Shown piece after piece: positions 62,737-64,000 of a stretch of 64,000 nt of DNA (positions are counted from its first letter, which is position 1; every line of letters begins with the position of its first letter). The stretch covers positions 372,001 through 436,000 of the forward strand of contig NIVC01000527.1 of assembly GCA_002269645.1 (NCBI GenBank), read 5' to 3'. A model generated the notes under the pieces. It was not told where the DNA came from, made no database searches, and worked only from the letters and a program-made list of their open reading frames with translations. A program made the position numbers and the translations under genes. This DNA is from Macrostomum lignano (lineage: Eukaryota).

Positions 62737-63780
62737 CAAAACAGCTTAGTTGACTTAGTTAACAAGAATCTTTACTGACTCTCTGTACATACAGTAGTAC
62801 GAGCTACATCAAGTTTATCTCCTAAAGTCTCGATTTATTGTTCAGTAAAAAGCAAAACGAGACGTATATGTACACTCGTATAGGAAGACCCTATTCATTC
62901 AATTCCTCGCCCAATATCAAGAAGCAATAGGCCCTAACTTGTCGTTTTGACTCGAAGCTACAACGTTAAGAAATATACAAAACCCTCCCCGAATTCACGC
63001 TGTCACGCGGCACGAAAATTAAGCAATGTCTTAAACTATACTGATTCCAGTAACATGTGCAGGAAGCACGAGCATGTAAAAGTGCCGTCACGATCGTCGT
63101 GCCACATCCAGGTCTAAATTTCATTGATAAATGCGTCTGTGGCATGCAGGGACATGGATTTTAATAAGAATCGAATCGGGCTTTAAATCAAGTTCAAACA
63201 CAGGCTCATTGTACTTGCGTATAGCCTTCTATAAGCTCGCAGTCGCCAAGGGCGTGTTCTCCTCTTTACCGTTTAGAGCGGAGCGAAGACACGCGACATA
63301 CAGCAGACATATGAAGCCCTGCATTAGCTGGGGAACGCGCAATCTAAATCAGACAAGGGAGTGGCCTGCGGTACTGCGGGGGGACAATAAAGGCTGTCTC
63401 AGTAAAGCATGAATGGATCAACGGCAGCCCTTCAGGGCAAAGAGGTCACTGACTGTATGCATACTAGACGCCCCAAGAGGCTGTACAGATAAATTGCAGT
63501 AATCTAAGTAATCGTTTAATAACAATAATAGCGTATTTTCTATGCATAACAAGAGCTGGATAAAGATGCCATATATGTGCAGCAATTTGACTTTCTAATC
63601 GTCAGGTACTCTCTGTGCCTTGGGGGGGGGGGTTGGCCCTCAACATGGCTGTGAATTGCACAACCCTCCGGTCAATTTTTCTACAGAAGTCGCCCTCAGA
63701 GCTGCTGCCGCCCCACTGATAAAGGCATCAAACCCGCTATAAATTTACGTAATTATCACTGCAGTCTCTTGAAGTTACAG

Positions 63781-64000
63781 TTACGATCGTAACAAATAGA
63801 TACCTCTCTCTCTATCCAGACCTCGGGTTATTATAAACTTCACAATAGAAATCCGGCCCACTCAAGGTCGTCTCTTTTCTTCTCTCTAATCTCCTCTCCT
63901 CTCCTCTGTTCTTTCTCCTATCTCCCTTCTCTTTCCTCTCCTCTCTCCCCATCCTCTGGCCCGCAGTCACGCGCTAGAGGTAAAAAAGTTTGCAGACCCT
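63781..64000 (-). mobile_element. Third copy of the GA-core hAT-like MITE, reverse orientation, TIR cut by the window edge
   Basis: Reverse complement reads AGGGTCTGCAAACTTTTTTACCTC...GGGCCAGAGG-(GA-rich)-ACCTTGAGTGGGCCGGATTTCTATTGTGAAGTTT...CCCGAGGTCTGGATAGAGAG, collinear with 32302-32701. Confidence 0.65.

Overview
Intron-rich animal genomic DNA with short GT-AG introns, GC-rich coding exons and AT-rich spacers. About 14% of the window is minisatellite. The style suggests a free-living flatworm such as Macrostomum (inference only). I could reconstruct about ten protein-coding loci by hand from splice sites and reading-frame phase: the last exon of a prostanoid-receptor-like GPCR, a secreted CAP-ShK-kringle protein, a 4-exon ankyrin-like gene (minus strand), a BTB-like 813-aa ORF, a polyQ ORF, an HR96/NR1J nuclear receptor, a NIT-domain guanylate-cyclase-like receptor, a ~1975-aa Cad87A/CDH23-like cadherin, an intronless MTP large subunit (minus strand) and a C-type-lectin-like membrane protein. 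There are also 11 unrelated minisatellite arrays, a TA-flanked MITE, three copies of a hAT-like MITE with a GA-rich core, and a 5'-truncated RTE-type LINE. The most notable items are the NIT receptor whose cyclase domain has lost the catalytic residues of both half-sites, the CAP-ShK-kringle architecture, and an 18-bp intronic array that reads as a splice-bounded, synonymously varying (DQESAV)n ORF on the opposite strand. No prokaryotic systems, CRISPR arrays, rRNA or tRNA genes were recognised.
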